A stretch of 63,527 nt of DNA, filler included, from Licmophora abbreviata (lineage: Eukaryota), in the NCBI GenBank assembly GCA_900291995.1. It is 10 parts of 10 records of this genome, joined end to end, with 100 filler letters (N's around TTAATTAATTAA, not from the genome) between each part and the next. Parts side by side here need not be neighbours in the genome. Positions count along the whole stretch, not along the records: positions 1 to 10,089 come from OLMU01004086.1; positions 10,190 to 13,148 come from OLMU01004087.1; 8 more parts are not named here. The stretch is one strand, 5' to 3'. Every line of letters begins with the position of its first letter. Within the stretch, counting starts at the first letter, position 1. The notes beneath the pieces were generated by a model. The model did no database searches and was not told the origin of the DNA. It worked only from the letters and a program-made list of their open reading frames with translations. The translations under genes were made by a program, and so were the position numbers. This document shows, one piece after another, positions 1-12,428 of this stretch.

Positions 1-407
1 ACACTCCTGGTGGATATGGCGGACAACCCTACGGAATGGGAGGCTACGATCACTTTGGCGGTCCTCCTCAACGTAGCGGATACGGCCCAGGCAATATGGA
101 CCCGTACAGCATGCAGCAACAGCAACAAGGTGGCGGCGGTGGTGGAGCAAACTACCATGCGGGTGGAATTCACGCCTTTCAAGACGACGAACATAATCGG
201 GGTGGCGGTAACCGAAAGGGCGATCGCAACGGTGGCTTGCCTCCGCAGCAATCGTACCAGCAGGGCCAGCAGCAACCTCCATTTGGACTGCAGGGTGGTG
301 GTGGAAACCCGTCGTCGGGTTCCAATACGAACAATGGTCGCGGTGGATGGTCGAACCAGGGCGGCGGCGGTTGGGGCGGAGGACCTAGCTGGCAGCATGG
401 AAACTAG
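1..407 (+). CDS. 3' end of a Gly/Gln/Asn/Tyr-rich low-complexity (prion-like) protein, 5'-partial
   Basis: Frame is open from position 3 (TPGGYGGQPYGMGGYDH...) to TAG at 405-407. Contains polyQ, polyG and GGW motifs. Confidence 0.7.
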   Translation, partial: TPGGYGGQPYGMGGYDHFGGPPQRSGYGPGNMDPYSMQQQQQGGGGGGANYHAGGIHAFQDDEHNRGGGNRKGDRNGGLPPQQSYQQGQQQPPFGLQGGGGNPSSGSNTNNGRGGWSNQGGGGWGGGPSWQHGN

Positions 408-736
408 AAACTAGCTATTACTAGAACGACAAGGTCTAATGATCGGACGGGAGTGTTAGCTTAAACTAAAGCATACCATATTAGTCCGAGGAAGCATGCT
501 TTCCGTCGTGCAATATGCTTACACGGTGTTACCTCTCGTAGTCATGTCTGCCTTCGACGCACAGGTCCCAAAGTCTTGCACGCGTGGGAACGGGACACAC
601 TTTTGTTCGGAGAAACAAACAGACGGATTTGTCGGCGAATCTTTTTCGACACCCCGAAAAGGACTGCGTTTGCGTCACAATCGACGACCGACATCAACAA
701 GCCACATCGGTGTGCGGAAGAGCCTCTACTGTTGCC

Positions 737-2617
737 ATGTTTCGTAGTTACAGACTGATTTCCACGGTGCTGCTGCGTCGTGGAAGTCGCAGTAGTAGTA
801 CTAGTGGCGTTCTCGGGGGCATGCGCCTCACAGGTCGGGCGATGTCAACCACAGCGGCTTCTCATTCGAGGGATGACAAGTTTTTCGGTACAACTTCCGT
901 CGCCCTTTTGGTCGCATCTTCGGCGGCGGCAGTTCTCTGCTTGGACAGTTCTTCTAGAAATGAGAAAGTTTCCACCTGTGAGGAGCTTTCGCCCGCCTTG
1001 ATCGCCGAACAAGAGGATCTGGAGGAAATTACGTCTGGAAAACTGAACAAGGTCGAGGAACTGCCTGAATACTCGGCTGACGACGTGGCTCTCAACAACG
1101 GCGACGACGGTCGCCCTATCTGGATGACCTACGGAGGTATAGTTTACGATGTCACAGACTTTATTCCCAATCATCCTGGCGGAGATGAAAAGATTCTCAT
1201 GGCGGCCGGCTCGGTACGTGATGTCGTGTTTCGAAGTGTGTTACCCATTGTGCAGTCACATGGCGGTGAGTATTACTCCGCTCACACACTTTATCACTTA
1301 TGTTGAAACTCGAAGGCTATAGAGCCATACTGGCATTTGTATCGACAGCATTTTGCTTCAGATCTTCCGATGCGACTGATGGAACATATGGTCGTGGGTC
1401 GATTGCGGGAGGAGGACCAGGAAGCGATCGACGATCAAATGACGGAACTTATTGACACGAGCGAGGATCCGTATGCGCTGGAACCGACTCGTCACAAGTC
1501 GCTCTTGGTGCACTCGGATACACCCATGAATGCAGAAGTGCCAGCTGCGCTCCTCACGGCCAGCTACTTGACGCCGCAGGCGTTGTTTTATATTCGTCAC
1601 CATCACCCCGTGCCGTATCTGAGCAAGGAGGACGTCGACAAGTTTCAATTGACGATTGATTTATCGGCCTATGGAAAGGGGCAGCTCAGCTTGAGCCTCG
1701 ACGAGTTGAAAGAGATGGATAAGGTCGAAGTCACTGCGACACTGCAGTGCAGTGGGAACCGACGAGGTGGATTCAATGCTGTCCAACGAACATCAGGTAC
1801 GAGCTGGGGTCAGGGGGCCGTGAGCAATGCCACGTGGGGCGGCGTTCGTCTTTCCACTATACTTAAAAAAGCAGGCCTAGACGATCCCATCAAGGCACAA
1901 GAAGACGATGGCATGGAGCACGTTCGATTTCATAGTCTGGACGGTATGAGTGCCTCGATTGGAATAGAAAAGGCGATGAATCCTTATGGAGACTGTATTG
2001 TATGCTACGAAATGAATGGCGAGCCCTTACCCAGGGACCACGGATTCCCGCTTCGCGTCATTGTGCCCGGCTATGCCGCAGTCCGTAACGTCAAGTGGCT
2101 CAGCAAGATCGAGCTCGCCAAGACGGAGGCGGAAGGTCCCTGGCAGCGGGGACTCAACTACAAGACGCTGCCTCCATCTGTGACGGATGCGGGCGCGATT
2201 GCTCTGGACCGCATGCCTTCCATGACTGAGGCAAGCATCTTTTCCGGAATCACCAAGGCCGAAAGGGTAGAACAAGGGAGGTTGCGTCCAGGAGATACTG
2301 TAATGATGCGAGCTAGCGGGTGGGCATGGGCCGGCGGTGGCCGGAACATTGTTCGTGTAGACGTTACTGGTGACAACGGAAGAAACTGGTCCAGCGGCAT
2401 CGTTACCCAAGGGGGTGACCAGCGATTTGGGCGTGCTTGGGCGTGGGTGTTTTGGGAATGCGAAGTGCCTGCCATTGTCCAGGAAGACGGTGCTGTCCAC
2501 CTCGCATCAAAGGCAGTGGACATGGCTTTCAACGCCCAACCCGAGCGCTGCGATCATGGTTGGAATGTTCGCGGACTAGGAAACAACAGTTGGCATCGCC
2601 TCGCGGTAAAGGTTTGA
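737..2617 (+). CDS. SUOX: Sulfite oxidase (cytochrome b5 + Moco + dimerisation domains), likely mitochondrial
   Basis: Arg/Ser-rich leader; b5 motif VYDVTDFIPNHPGG; GT-AG intron 1214-1315 joins AAGS|AIEPYW; Moco motifs LQCSGNRR, MNGEPLPRDHGFPLRVIVPG, RNVKWL, WNVRGL. Confidence 0.93.
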
Positions 2618-3174
2618 AGGCAGGTGTCGGTTTGCGTTTCCAGAAGGCGAGTAAGCTTTATTGCTTCTTGGTTGGTACGACGTAGTCGCGTAGTCGATTA
2701 GACAAGCGGCTTTTGTCGTGTAGTAGTCAGTTGTTAGTGCCTTGTTTCCAAACACACGAGCAGATTGTCATGTAAATGAAGATGCTCTTCAGCACATCAC
2801 CTGACCGTCGTTCTCCAGAACACTATTATGAAATAATGTGGTATGAGGATGGCCGATTTGTATAATGACCCAAGGCCATCATGATACGAGTAAATTGGGG
2901 GTAATGTTCAACGCATCTGAATATGATCATTGAGAGAATAGTCATAGATCACAAACAGTGGTCATCGTCAAGAGTCATTGTATTCGGATTTTCGTCAAGT
3001 ATTTATCGAAGGGAGACATACGAAGTTGATTATGACCTATTTTGCGTTAAATAAAAGGTCCAAGAGACTTTTTACTCTCGAAGAGAAATGCCCAAGGGCC
3101 AAACGCTCCGTTCTCCTTTCACATACTACAATTCTCGCTCACAAAACTACAAGATCGACAATTGAAACAAGACA

Positions 3175-4236
3175 ATGCTTCGCAACTTGCTGATCCTCTC
3201 CCTCCTGGCTGCCTCGGCCTCGCTCACTCAAGGATCGGAATGCCTATTGGAGGGCATGGAAGCCGTTAACCATTACAAGGTTGCCGTGCACGTTGAAACA
3301 AATGACGACTGCACGTCCGCGCAGCTTATCGAGATGGGCGACATGATTGCACTGGAGTTCTCTCAGACTGACAGTGATCTTCCAATGGTGATTGATGACT
3401 ACACCGACATCTTGGCCGACGGCGAACAAGTTGCAAGCTCTTCCGACATCTGCGCGGCGCCCGTCATGGGGGTATACGACGAAAGGCGCCGCCTTCGATT
3501 CAAATACAAGTACTCGTTCCGAGGAGGGTTCTCCTGCGGGTATGGGTGTGGTAGAAGGCGTCAGCTGGGAAAAGGATCCACGAAGCAGTTCGAATCATAC
3601 CAGAAAGCCGAAATCAAAGTTTTAGAAAACGAAATCGATAAAATCAAGATGCAGATGAAGGAAATGGACAGTAAAATCGAATTTGACAAGACGGCGCTTG
3701 AAGGCCTGATGGATCAAGAGATAGCTGAGATCGAAGAAAAGTACTTTAAGCTTGTTGATACTCAGGAATTCAACTGCCCATTGAGTGGCCGCGCGGCGAA
3801 CAAGTGCGAAAAAGAAGCGAAGGCCTTGGTCGAAAAAGACAAACCGGCCGAGATTGAAGCGGTGGAGGCTCGATATGAAACCTTGATCGACCAAGTCGAG
3901 GAAGATGGCGAAGCAGATATGGACCGTAAGGAGGACGAGATTGACGATTTAGAAGATCACATCAAAGCAATCGAGGAAGGTCACAAACTAACTATTGAGA
4001 CCTTCAAACACCGGGAAGAGACGGAAGCCACTCTCATCAAGTTGATTCTTGAATATGAACAACTCGTTGAAACAAAGATCAACGCGAAACTATATGATGA
4101 TTTCCCCCTATGCTTCCTGAATGAGCAGAAGGCCAAAGCCGACCTGATCTTCCAGCGAGTTGATTCCGTGGCGGACGCCAAGGAAGCTTACGAGAACTGC
4201 CCAGTGAGCCTCATGGATTACTCAGATACCGAATGA
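3175..4236 (+). CDS. Secreted acidic coiled-coil protein with RXL motifs, unknown function
   Basis: Single 353-aa ORF with signal peptide MLRNLLILSLLAASASLTQG, RRRL and RRRQL motifs, and an E/K/D-rich heptad region. Confidence 0.8.
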   Translation: MLRNLLILSLLAASASLTQGSECLLEGMEAVNHYKVAVHVETNDDCTSAQLIEMGDMIALEFSQTDSDLPMVIDDYTDILADGEQVASSSDICAAPVMGVYDERRRLRFKYKYSFRGGFSCGYGCGRRRQLGKGSTKQFESYQKAEIKVLENEIDKIKMQMKEMDSKIEFDKTALEGLMDQEIAEIEEKYFKLVDTQEFNCPLSGRAANKCEKEAKALVEKDKPAEIEAVEARYETLIDQVEEDGEADMDRKEDEIDDLEDHIKAIEEGHKLTIETFKHREETEATLIKLILEYEQLVETKINAKLYDDFPLCFLNEQKAKADLIFQRVDSVADAKEAYENCPVSLMDYSDTE

Positions 4237-4696
4237 ATGTGATGGTTTGAGCCAAGGGTTTAGATATCATTTGGGATGCATATAATATTGAAATAGTCTG
4301 GTTCGAAAGAAAGCTGTAGATGTAAGCCAGCCGTCCCGGTAGAGGATGTGGACCTGTGTCTTGCACATCAGAGTCCAACGCATTGCTAACGGATCACTTG
4401 GGTCAGTGTCAGAGCAATAGCATGGATGGGATCTTGAGCGCTGTGTATCACGCGACGGTACCCGTGATACTCTTGGAATCACACGGCGATTCCGGCGGTC
4501 GAGTTCACCTTTAGTGTCACCAGTCAGAGTTCACAAACGACCGTGACCCCCACTATCATCTTTCCAAGAGACAACAGAGCAATCTGATGAACAGCACAAT
4601 CTAAGTCTGCAGTTGATTGCTATTATAGGAACAACGCTCCTTTTCTACTAGAAAAGTCTCCAAGCGAACCACATTAATCGCGAGAGTGTCCCATAT

Positions 4697-6521
4697 TTAC
4701 TCCAAAGACGGATCTGCGTGAGCACGAGCATGGGTTACATTCGGCCACTTGTCGTCTTCTGGATCATCAGGCGCCTTTTGTCCGTGACTATCGACTTGGA
4801 CGTGTACGCGATCGTCGGGAAACACCGAGGAGGAAACCACTCGCAAGACGAGTTGCGCACAAATGCTGGCAAGCCCAATGAGTGCGAGCTGCTCAGGATC
4901 CGTCTCGTAGCGACTTAGAGTCGCGACAAACACAACAAGTCCGAGACGCAACAGTACCAACATGATACCGATAGTCCTTGTTTGACCAGATTGTTTGCAT
5001 CGGCATCGACCCATGTTATCCTTGAGGCCTTTGTGGGTCAAAATCATGGCGTCGCTACAAAAAAAGACAATCGCCAAACTGCCGCAGAAGAAGTTGGCAA
5101 TACGCTGCTGACGATCTTCCTGCGAATATTGGAGCGAGCTCGTTCCTCCAGCCAGCCAACGGGGCAGATCGAAGAGCATACGTCGCGAATCGCTCTCGTA
5201 CGTGTACTCGTACAGTAACATCTTGTAGTCGACGCCGAGGATAATCAAGGCAGCCGAGTATACTTGCATCAGACAGCTAAATGTGTACCCGGCTTCCTTG
5301 GATCGACGCATGGCATGCTCATCGGCATGATGCGGTTGCGAGCGGAAATGCATGTACTGCAACAAGACGACACTTAGGATTCCTGCATAGAACGTGATGT
5401 AATAGTCTGCATTCTGGCTGATTTCCACAATAAGGAGACTGAGAATGCTCTCGCCAAGCATCAACATGGTCCATTCCCCGTATCGATGAATGGCAAAGTC
5501 AATATTCATCGGAACAGTGATCCTGGTGCGCAAACGCGAGACGAAACAACAAAACAAACGTGAGCTATGGCTTTTTTCTTCCCGAACAGACGCATCGGCG
5601 TACCCAGCACAAAATACTTACGCCTTGTGCTTTCCGTCCTTGGGAAAAGTAAAGATCATAAACGTGAACCAAGCGAGCCACCCCATTATACTCCCGGCCA
5701 AGAGCCAAATGGGCACGTTCGTTGTGGAAACATCGTCGTAGCCATAGGCGTCCCCTTTAGTGGCGTCGGCCAAGAGGCGAGCCTTTCCACTATCGCGATT
5801 GCCATAATGCTCATAGGCAGCCACACTCATCGCTGCCACATGGAACGCCAAAGGAATCAGCTTGCTCAACAAGTCGCGCCGCGCCGCCACCTTGGCCACG
5901 GGCTGTCCCTCACACCCAAAGAGTAGAATCTCCGCGTATCGCAGGGCCGTAAGAGTACTTCCCAAGACTAGAGCAAGACAAAAGGCAAACATGTCGACGT
6001 TGTCTTGCGAGTTTGACAGCACTTCGACCGGCCGAATGTGCAAAATGGCGGTGGCGACGGTCACCACGGCACAGACTTCGTAGACGCGATGAAACAAGTC
6101 GTCGCGCGTGTAGAAACGAGAGTCGTAGTACATTTTGTCCCACCACTGATGCATGACCGGCCAGAAACAGCCACAAAAGTAAAGCAGGCCCTCGGCGGAA
6201 GGGGACAAACGAATGATGTTGCTCAGATTGTAGGCTGCAGCGACGTAAAAGAGGCTGCAAACAGAGCAAATGAAAGAACAAAACAGGTAAGAAATCAGTT
6301 TTTTTCCAAGAAGCACGGTTCTTTCTATACATTCATCCACACAGGACGCACTCGAAAAATAAGTCTCCCCAGTTCACTACCGGGTGAACCTGAGTGTCTC
6401 CCCAGCGCTGGCGCTGAATGGGTCGAGTGTACAAAGGGAAACTGAAAATACGAGGTTCCTTTGTTTCCAAAGCGGCATTTTCCTCGTGCTCCATGGGAGC
6501 AGCTCCACCAGACTCCGTCAT
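4697..6521 (-). CDS. LtrA (low-temperature requirement A)-family multi-pass membrane protein, 3 exons
   Basis: Motifs WGDLFFDLFYVAA (across intron 6255-6351) and HRYGEWTMLMLGESILSL. Second intron 5523-5621. Both junctions are in frame. Confidence 0.82.
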
Positions 6522-7038
6522 GTTGAAAGCGTTCTATCGAATCTACTAAGCAAAGGGCCACTGCCTGAAGCGGACATAGAGCAAGAGACACTTGATGCGG
6601 CTGTTCTTTCAGCAGTGCGTCGAGTGTCGACAGCGCCGGCATCAAGCATCGACGAGAGGCAAGAATTCAAGAATTCGTTCGAAGCAGGTACGAGCTCCAT
6701 CTCAGGCGTTCCTCCAAATGGGCTCGCGGCGTCGAAAGCGAGAAGTACAATCATTGCAATCATCATGATCAGGCCATGAAACGATACCGTTTCGATCACT
6801 GTGTACAGTTCATTTTCATGCCTCATGTCTTTGTGTTGTGATATAACGAGGAGGAAGCTAGACGCGCGTCTACTTACGATCGTAGTGTATGCACGCTAAA
6901 TTACACTTCGTAGTACGCAGTTGCTCGCCACTTATAGCTCGATACTTGCGCTCTTTCCCAACGCGGACCAAGGCATCTGCTTCCTCAACCACAAGCATTG
7001 TTTCTCTTCCATCCCCACCATTGACATGTCTTTCATTC

Positions 7039-7858
7039 TTAGAAGAAACCCCCACTGCCACCACCAAACGAATTCCATGGACCTGGCTGAATCTGGTTAT
7101 CTCCTTTCTCGATCCATCCTGAACGTCCCTTGATACCATATGATCCACAGTTGTACACGGCCGAGTCTTGAATGGTAAAACTGGGATTGGCAAAGATACC
7201 ACGACTTGAACAGCACTCAATATCCGTCTCACGAATGAGCATTTTCGTCTCACTGCCATTAATGAAGAGTCCGTCGGCTCCGCCAACGATTTCACAGCAG
7301 TCCAAGGTGATCTTTCCCCTGTTCGACGCTTCAAAGACATCATCGACTCGGGCAGATGGAGGGAACGTCACTTGAACGCTGGTAAAAGTGATGCTATCAT
7401 AGGCACACTCCTCCACCCGCACCGTTCCTTCCAGCGACAAGCCTTGCACCACCAGAGTGCCTCCGGCCGGAGCATCACGACTCACTATCAAACCACAGTT
7501 CAGTTTGACACGATCCATGCCTTCCCCAATCAGTCGCACTGCCTTGTTCAGTGTCAGTGCGACTGAATCCACGTAGTAGTGTCCAGCGGGAACCTTCACG
7601 ACGCTCCCCTCCGGTGCTGCATCCACGGCCGCTTGAATGGCTGCGACCGTCTTCTCGGTCACGGTAGTCTCGGGCGTGCCGGGCGGCACGCAAGAGAGCT
7701 TGTGAAAGCGCCAAGCCTTCTTCTGACAGGCAGCGTTGCAGTAGCACACTTCCTGGCAGGCAGAACAGCGCATCGCATCGGACGACGGAGGCTGATTGTG
7801 TCGAGGACACGAGGCGCCAGCCACAGCCGGCTGGTGGTGCGTTCGATGCGTGATCCAT
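7039..7858 (-). CDS. MYND zinc finger + right-handed beta-helix protein (apparent 1-nt frameshift near 7815)
   Basis: RCSACQEVCYCNAACQKKAWRFHKLSC is a MYND signature. IQAAVDAAPEGSVVKVPAGHY and C..GI repeats are typical of beta-helices. Start is uncertain. Confidence 0.8.
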
Positions 7859-8498
7859 ACTGCACTACCAATACTACTATAACTTCAAAGCGTTGTTTTT
7901 GCTTGTACTGCGGAAAGAGGTTGAGGGCACTGTTGCTTACACTTGTGCAAGAGCGTTTGCAGTCACATGTGCAAGGAGAATGAGAGACTGTTGACGCGAA
8001 CGAGCCGACGGAGTGTATCTTTGTGAACACTCGACGCCATGGAGCAAGAATGTATCAATCCGGCCGCGAGTATCTTTCTCACTATATATGTCGCATGCGA
8101 CACGGATCCGACATTTTCGGCTCGAGCCCGAAACAACACTCACTGCGATGCCGTGCGATTGCATCCTCATATGATAAAAGGCTTGTCTCCTTGCCACTGT
8201 AGTTATCGTCTCGTTGTTGACGATAGCTTGACTGGGAGTCATGCATTCGTGTGTGACAAGTCATCTTTCCAGAGGAAAAGTCAGCGAACAACATGCTAAT
8301 AGTGATGGTGCGACAAAACTACGTATGATAGTACTTCGATAGGATCACGCTAGAGGTATACATCGTACTATCGTAGGTGCCTGATCTTTTTTGTACATTC
8401 GCGTGGGGATGGAACGAGCACGCTTTGCATGTGCAGTGTTTGATGCTTGGACATTACGGTCTCACACTCTTGCCTCGTCAGCTACAATGACACGCATG

Positions 8499-8984
8499 TC
8501 ACGAGGGGAGTATAGGAACATGGCGCGCAAGCAAAAGAAGAGACGCCATCACCATGGCGACGCGTCCAAGAAGTAGTTCGGCATCCCAGAGGAACAGTGA
8601 CAATGAAGAAGAAGAAGAAGAAGATAGAGAAGAATCTTCGTCGTGGCGCCTCATTGGCAAGTCTTGCCAAGGCGGTGGCAAGTCGTCCGCACAAAAAACA
8701 GTCGCAGTATTTATTGTAGTAGGCTCATTCTGAACAAGATCATCATATGCTGAACTCATCCGTGCGGGCGCTTCTTGATCGAGGAAATAAACGTCGAAGT
8801 CGACATCGTCGGAATTCTTGTAGCGCAGTGGACGGGCAAACAAACAAGAAAAGGAAGTGCGCCTTTGTGCAGTATTGGTGATGCTCCAACAACGCGGCGA
8901 TCTGTTCAAAGTCTGGAATGCAGAGACGCTACCATTACAGCAAGCAAGAAGCGTAAGGAGAATGAACTGTCGTCGCGATGGCAT
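8499..8984 (-). CDS. Small plastid-targeted LHC-like one-helix protein candidate
   Basis: Signal peptide ends VSA-F (ASAFAP-like). C-terminal helix AELLLGRVAMV resembles the LHC motif ExxNGRxAM. Confidence 0.55.
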   Translation of the reverse strand: MPSRRQFILLTLLACCNGSVSAFQTLNRSPRCWSITNTAQRRTSFSCLFARPLRYKNSDDVDFDVYFLDQEAPARMSSAYDDLVQNEPTTINTATVFCADDLPPPWQDLPMRRHDEDSSLSSSSSSSLSLFLWDAELLLGRVAMVMASLLLLARHVPILPS

Positions 8985-9470
8985 GTTGATGAAGTGGTAC
9001 GGAAGTGATAATTGCAAAAATGATGCCGAGGAAATGAATGGATGTTCCTGAACCCGTTTTCCATTTTGTGGGGTGTCAAAAGGGGAAGAGGTGTCATCGC
9101 ACGTAGAATCTGCGTAGATTTTGCTGGTACTGGAGTCTGATTTTGCGCGGGAAAGACATCAGTATGCCCAATGACGGATGACCAATGACAGTATTATTGT
9201 CCCTGGCGACACTGTTGGGAGCAGAATGCACTCTATCCTGACGATCTACTACACGCTTGTCTATTGCGCATCATCATCGACCGCGGTCAAGTGGCTCGCT
9301 CCTTCCGGGAGGCGGGTCTCACTGATACTCTCTCGGAAGCGCAATCCCCATGCGTGCTCCCACCGGGTTTTTGCAAATCAGAAGAGTTCGACAATTAGTC
9401 GAATGAGTCGAGTCTACTCAATCACGACTTCGCCAAAAAAAGAAGGAAAACAAAAAGCAACGCTTGGACC

Positions 9471-12372
9471 ATGAGGATGATGAGAGCCTGTTCGTTGCTG
9501 CTACTGATATTGCTCTTCTCCCCGTCTTCTGGTCTCGTGGGGAGTGACGGGGTGTGCGAAACTCTGGTGTTTCTTCCTTTTACAGTTCTGTGAGTCCATA
9601 TATTCCTCAAATTCTCGACAAGAAACTGCATTGATGCGCGGTATCTTGATTTTGGTGTGGTTCTCGTTCATCTATGCTAATTTTCTTGCTTCTTCCTCTC
9701 ACTCATCAGCGGCAGCTTTGATGGAGGATCCCTGTATGGAGATTTTAGGACATCCTTTGGTTTTTCGCACATGGCCGCTGCACTCTTGGCGGCAGATCAT
9801 TTCAACAGTCGAGATACCGCAGTAGTACCAGAACTTGAGAGTCTAGTATCACCCAGCTGCAACGTCCAACTGAAAATCGACAATACTTCCTTTATAGATA
9901 CGGGCAGTTTCACCAAATTGGCGAGTCAGAGGTTTTTTCAAAGAGGCATCAGTGATCGAACGTGTGGCATTGTCGGTCCCTTCAATGACGCTCCGGCGTT
10001 GGAGCTTGCCGTCATGGCACAAGCGGCCCAGATTCCCATGGTGGCGCACCGAGCGTACAATCTGCGTCTCGTCTCCAATTGGAACAGTCNNNNNNNNNNN
10101 NNNNNNNNNNNNNNNNNNNNNNNNNNNNNNNNNTTAATTAATTAANNNNNNNNNNNNNNNNNNNNNNNNNNNNNNNNNNNNNNNNNNNNAGCGGCCCAGA
10201 TTCCCATGGCGGCGCACCGAGCGTACAATCTGCGTCTCGTCTCCAATTGGAACAGTCAATTTTCGTCGCAAGTGTTCCCAGATATGCTCGAGAGCTCCCG
10301 GGTACTTATTGATTGGCTCCGACACAAGGGACGGACCAATTACATTGCACTCTTGTACGGTTTGACTGACTTGAACTTTCAGCGTCGCGAGGCCCTGAGC
10401 TTTCAACTCGATACGAACAATATGAGTTTCGTTGGGAGTACCTACATTTCTCCGTTTGCCAGAGGAGGATTCGCTTCCGAGGAGCGGGCGCCTCTGGAGG
10501 CCTTGCGTAGGATCCAGCAACGAGGCTATCGAACGATTGTGGTGGCCATGGACAATAGTTTCGGCGAGTTGGGCTCGATCGCGGATGCAGCCGAGGAGCT
10601 TGGAATGAACAACGGAGACTACTTTTGGGTCTTTTATGATACACTAGAGCCGGGTCAAGTGTATTCGGAGCAGGCAAACATTAGAAAATTGAGCTTGGGA
10701 TCGGCGTGGATGCTGCCATTTCCATCCTTCGAGGAAACGTCCCTCTTTCAAGAGGTTTGGGCACGGCAAGACGAGGCCAACATTGACCGACTGAATGCCT
10801 TCAATCCAATACTGCCTGATGCACCAGGATATAGGAATGCATCAAAAGAGTTCTTTAGGGATGTGGAACCCGAGTATGGGTCAAGTGAGTACGATCCGGA
10901 AGCAGGCGAACTATCTGTTACTGTCTTGCAAACGACTCACAGCTTCTGTTCAAATCCGAAACGAACATTGCCTGTCATTTCTAGGCTTCATGTATGATGC
11001 TGTAATGGCACTTGGTATAGGAGCATGTATAGCGCAACAAGAAAGTGTAGATGTGACTGGGCTCGACCATGTATTTGGGATTCGCAATTCAAGCTTCATG
11101 GGCGCATCTGGTCGTGTAGCGTTTGGAAATATGGACAACGACACAGATCGTAGTGGAACTCGACGGGTGGGGACCGTACTGTGGGCGGCACTCAACTTCT
11201 ACCAGTTGCCCAACTCCTCTGAGGTGATGCTTGATGCGAGTGACGTTCTCCCAGCGTCTCCCTACGACGAATGGCTGGAAGTAGCCCCGTTTGTGTACGC
11301 TGATGGAAGCACGGAGCCACCGCCGCTGATCGATGACCTTGAGCAGAACTTTCTGAGTACCGGTCTCCGTGCAGCAGGCTTGACGATGATGTCCATTGCG
11401 CTGGCGGCTGCTGTTGCGTCTGCTGCCTTCGTCTTTCTCCATAAAAAGCATCGCGTACTCAAGGCATCGCAACCCATATTCCTATATTTGCTTTGCTTTG
11501 GATCATTCGTGGAGGCCTTCGCAATATTCACGATCTCATTTGACGAAGGTGCCGGATGGAACGAGGATCAATTAAGTAAGGCCTGCATGGCCACTCCCTG
11601 GCTGATATCACTGGGCCACATCATTGTGTACGCGGCCTTGTTTACAAAAATGTGGCGTGTCGAGGAAGTTCTACAGTTCCGGCGACGAATGATACGAAGG
11701 CGTGATGTGGCATGGCCGATGCTGCTTCTCCTCGTCTCAGCCCTGGTCATTCTTGCGCTGTGGACGGCTCTAGATCCGCTTCAGTGGACTCGATATCAAA
11801 TTGACGACGTCACTCACGAAACCATCGGCGAGTGCAATTCAGATAACTACGGCTCTTTTCTTGCGCCCCTCGTAGTGGTGATGGTCATACCCATGATTGT
11901 GGCGGGATATTTTGCGTGGAAGACAAAGGACGTGGACGAATCCTTTACGGAAAGCTGGTGGATCTACGCTTTGATTCTTGTCCAGATGGAAGTGATACTT
12001 GTCGCTACCCCAATTGTTATTGTGCTGCAGGATGTTTCAGCCGAAGGGAGATACTTTGGTCTGACGCTCATGTTCTGGATCTTCCCAATGTCGACACTTG
12101 GACTGATCATGTTGCCAAAGTATATAGCATACCGACGGGACGTGCAAGGTGTCGATGGCGAAAAGAAGATCAAGCGAGGGGAGGCGATCGGGGCAACAAG
12201 AGTGACCGGCGTCTCAGGTGCCGCTTCTGTGAGTCACCCGGGGAACGGAGCTTCGAGCACATCCGACTCGGCAGACGCGAGAGCTGATCACGACGCGAGG
12301 CCGTCTGCAACAAATTCATCTGGTACATCTATGGAAACTGAGGACAAACAGAATCAGAGCAACGGCTCGTGA
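9471..12372 (+). CDS. Class C (GABA-B-like) GPCR: extracellular ligand-binding domain + 7TM
   Basis: Signal peptide; introns 9590-9709 and 10885-10984 join in frame; motifs GIVGP, F.GASG.V.F, VLKASQP.FL, ALFTKMWRV, AWKTK, PKY. Interrupted by gap 10090-10189. Confidence 0.88.
10090..10189. other. Assembly gap with artificial six-frame stop linker (also at 13149, 18139, 21462, 23965, 35624, 50557, 55112, 61244)
   Basis: Identical 100-bp N-TTAATTAATTAA-N blocks at nine positions. Confidence 0.97.
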
Positions 12373-12428
12373 ATCTACTGGTTTATAGTAGAGACACTCG
12401 CGTAGTCTCGAATAAACGCGAAGTATCC

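Noticed and set aside
4445..4492. Two short adjacent hairpins (GTATCACG/CGTGATAC and GGAATC/GATTCC)
   Set aside because: Stems of 6-8 bp are expected by chance; no tRNA, Helitron or other consensus.
10134..10145. TTAATTAATTAA palindrome recurring nine times
   Set aside because: Always centred in identical N blocks; an artificial six-frame stop linker.
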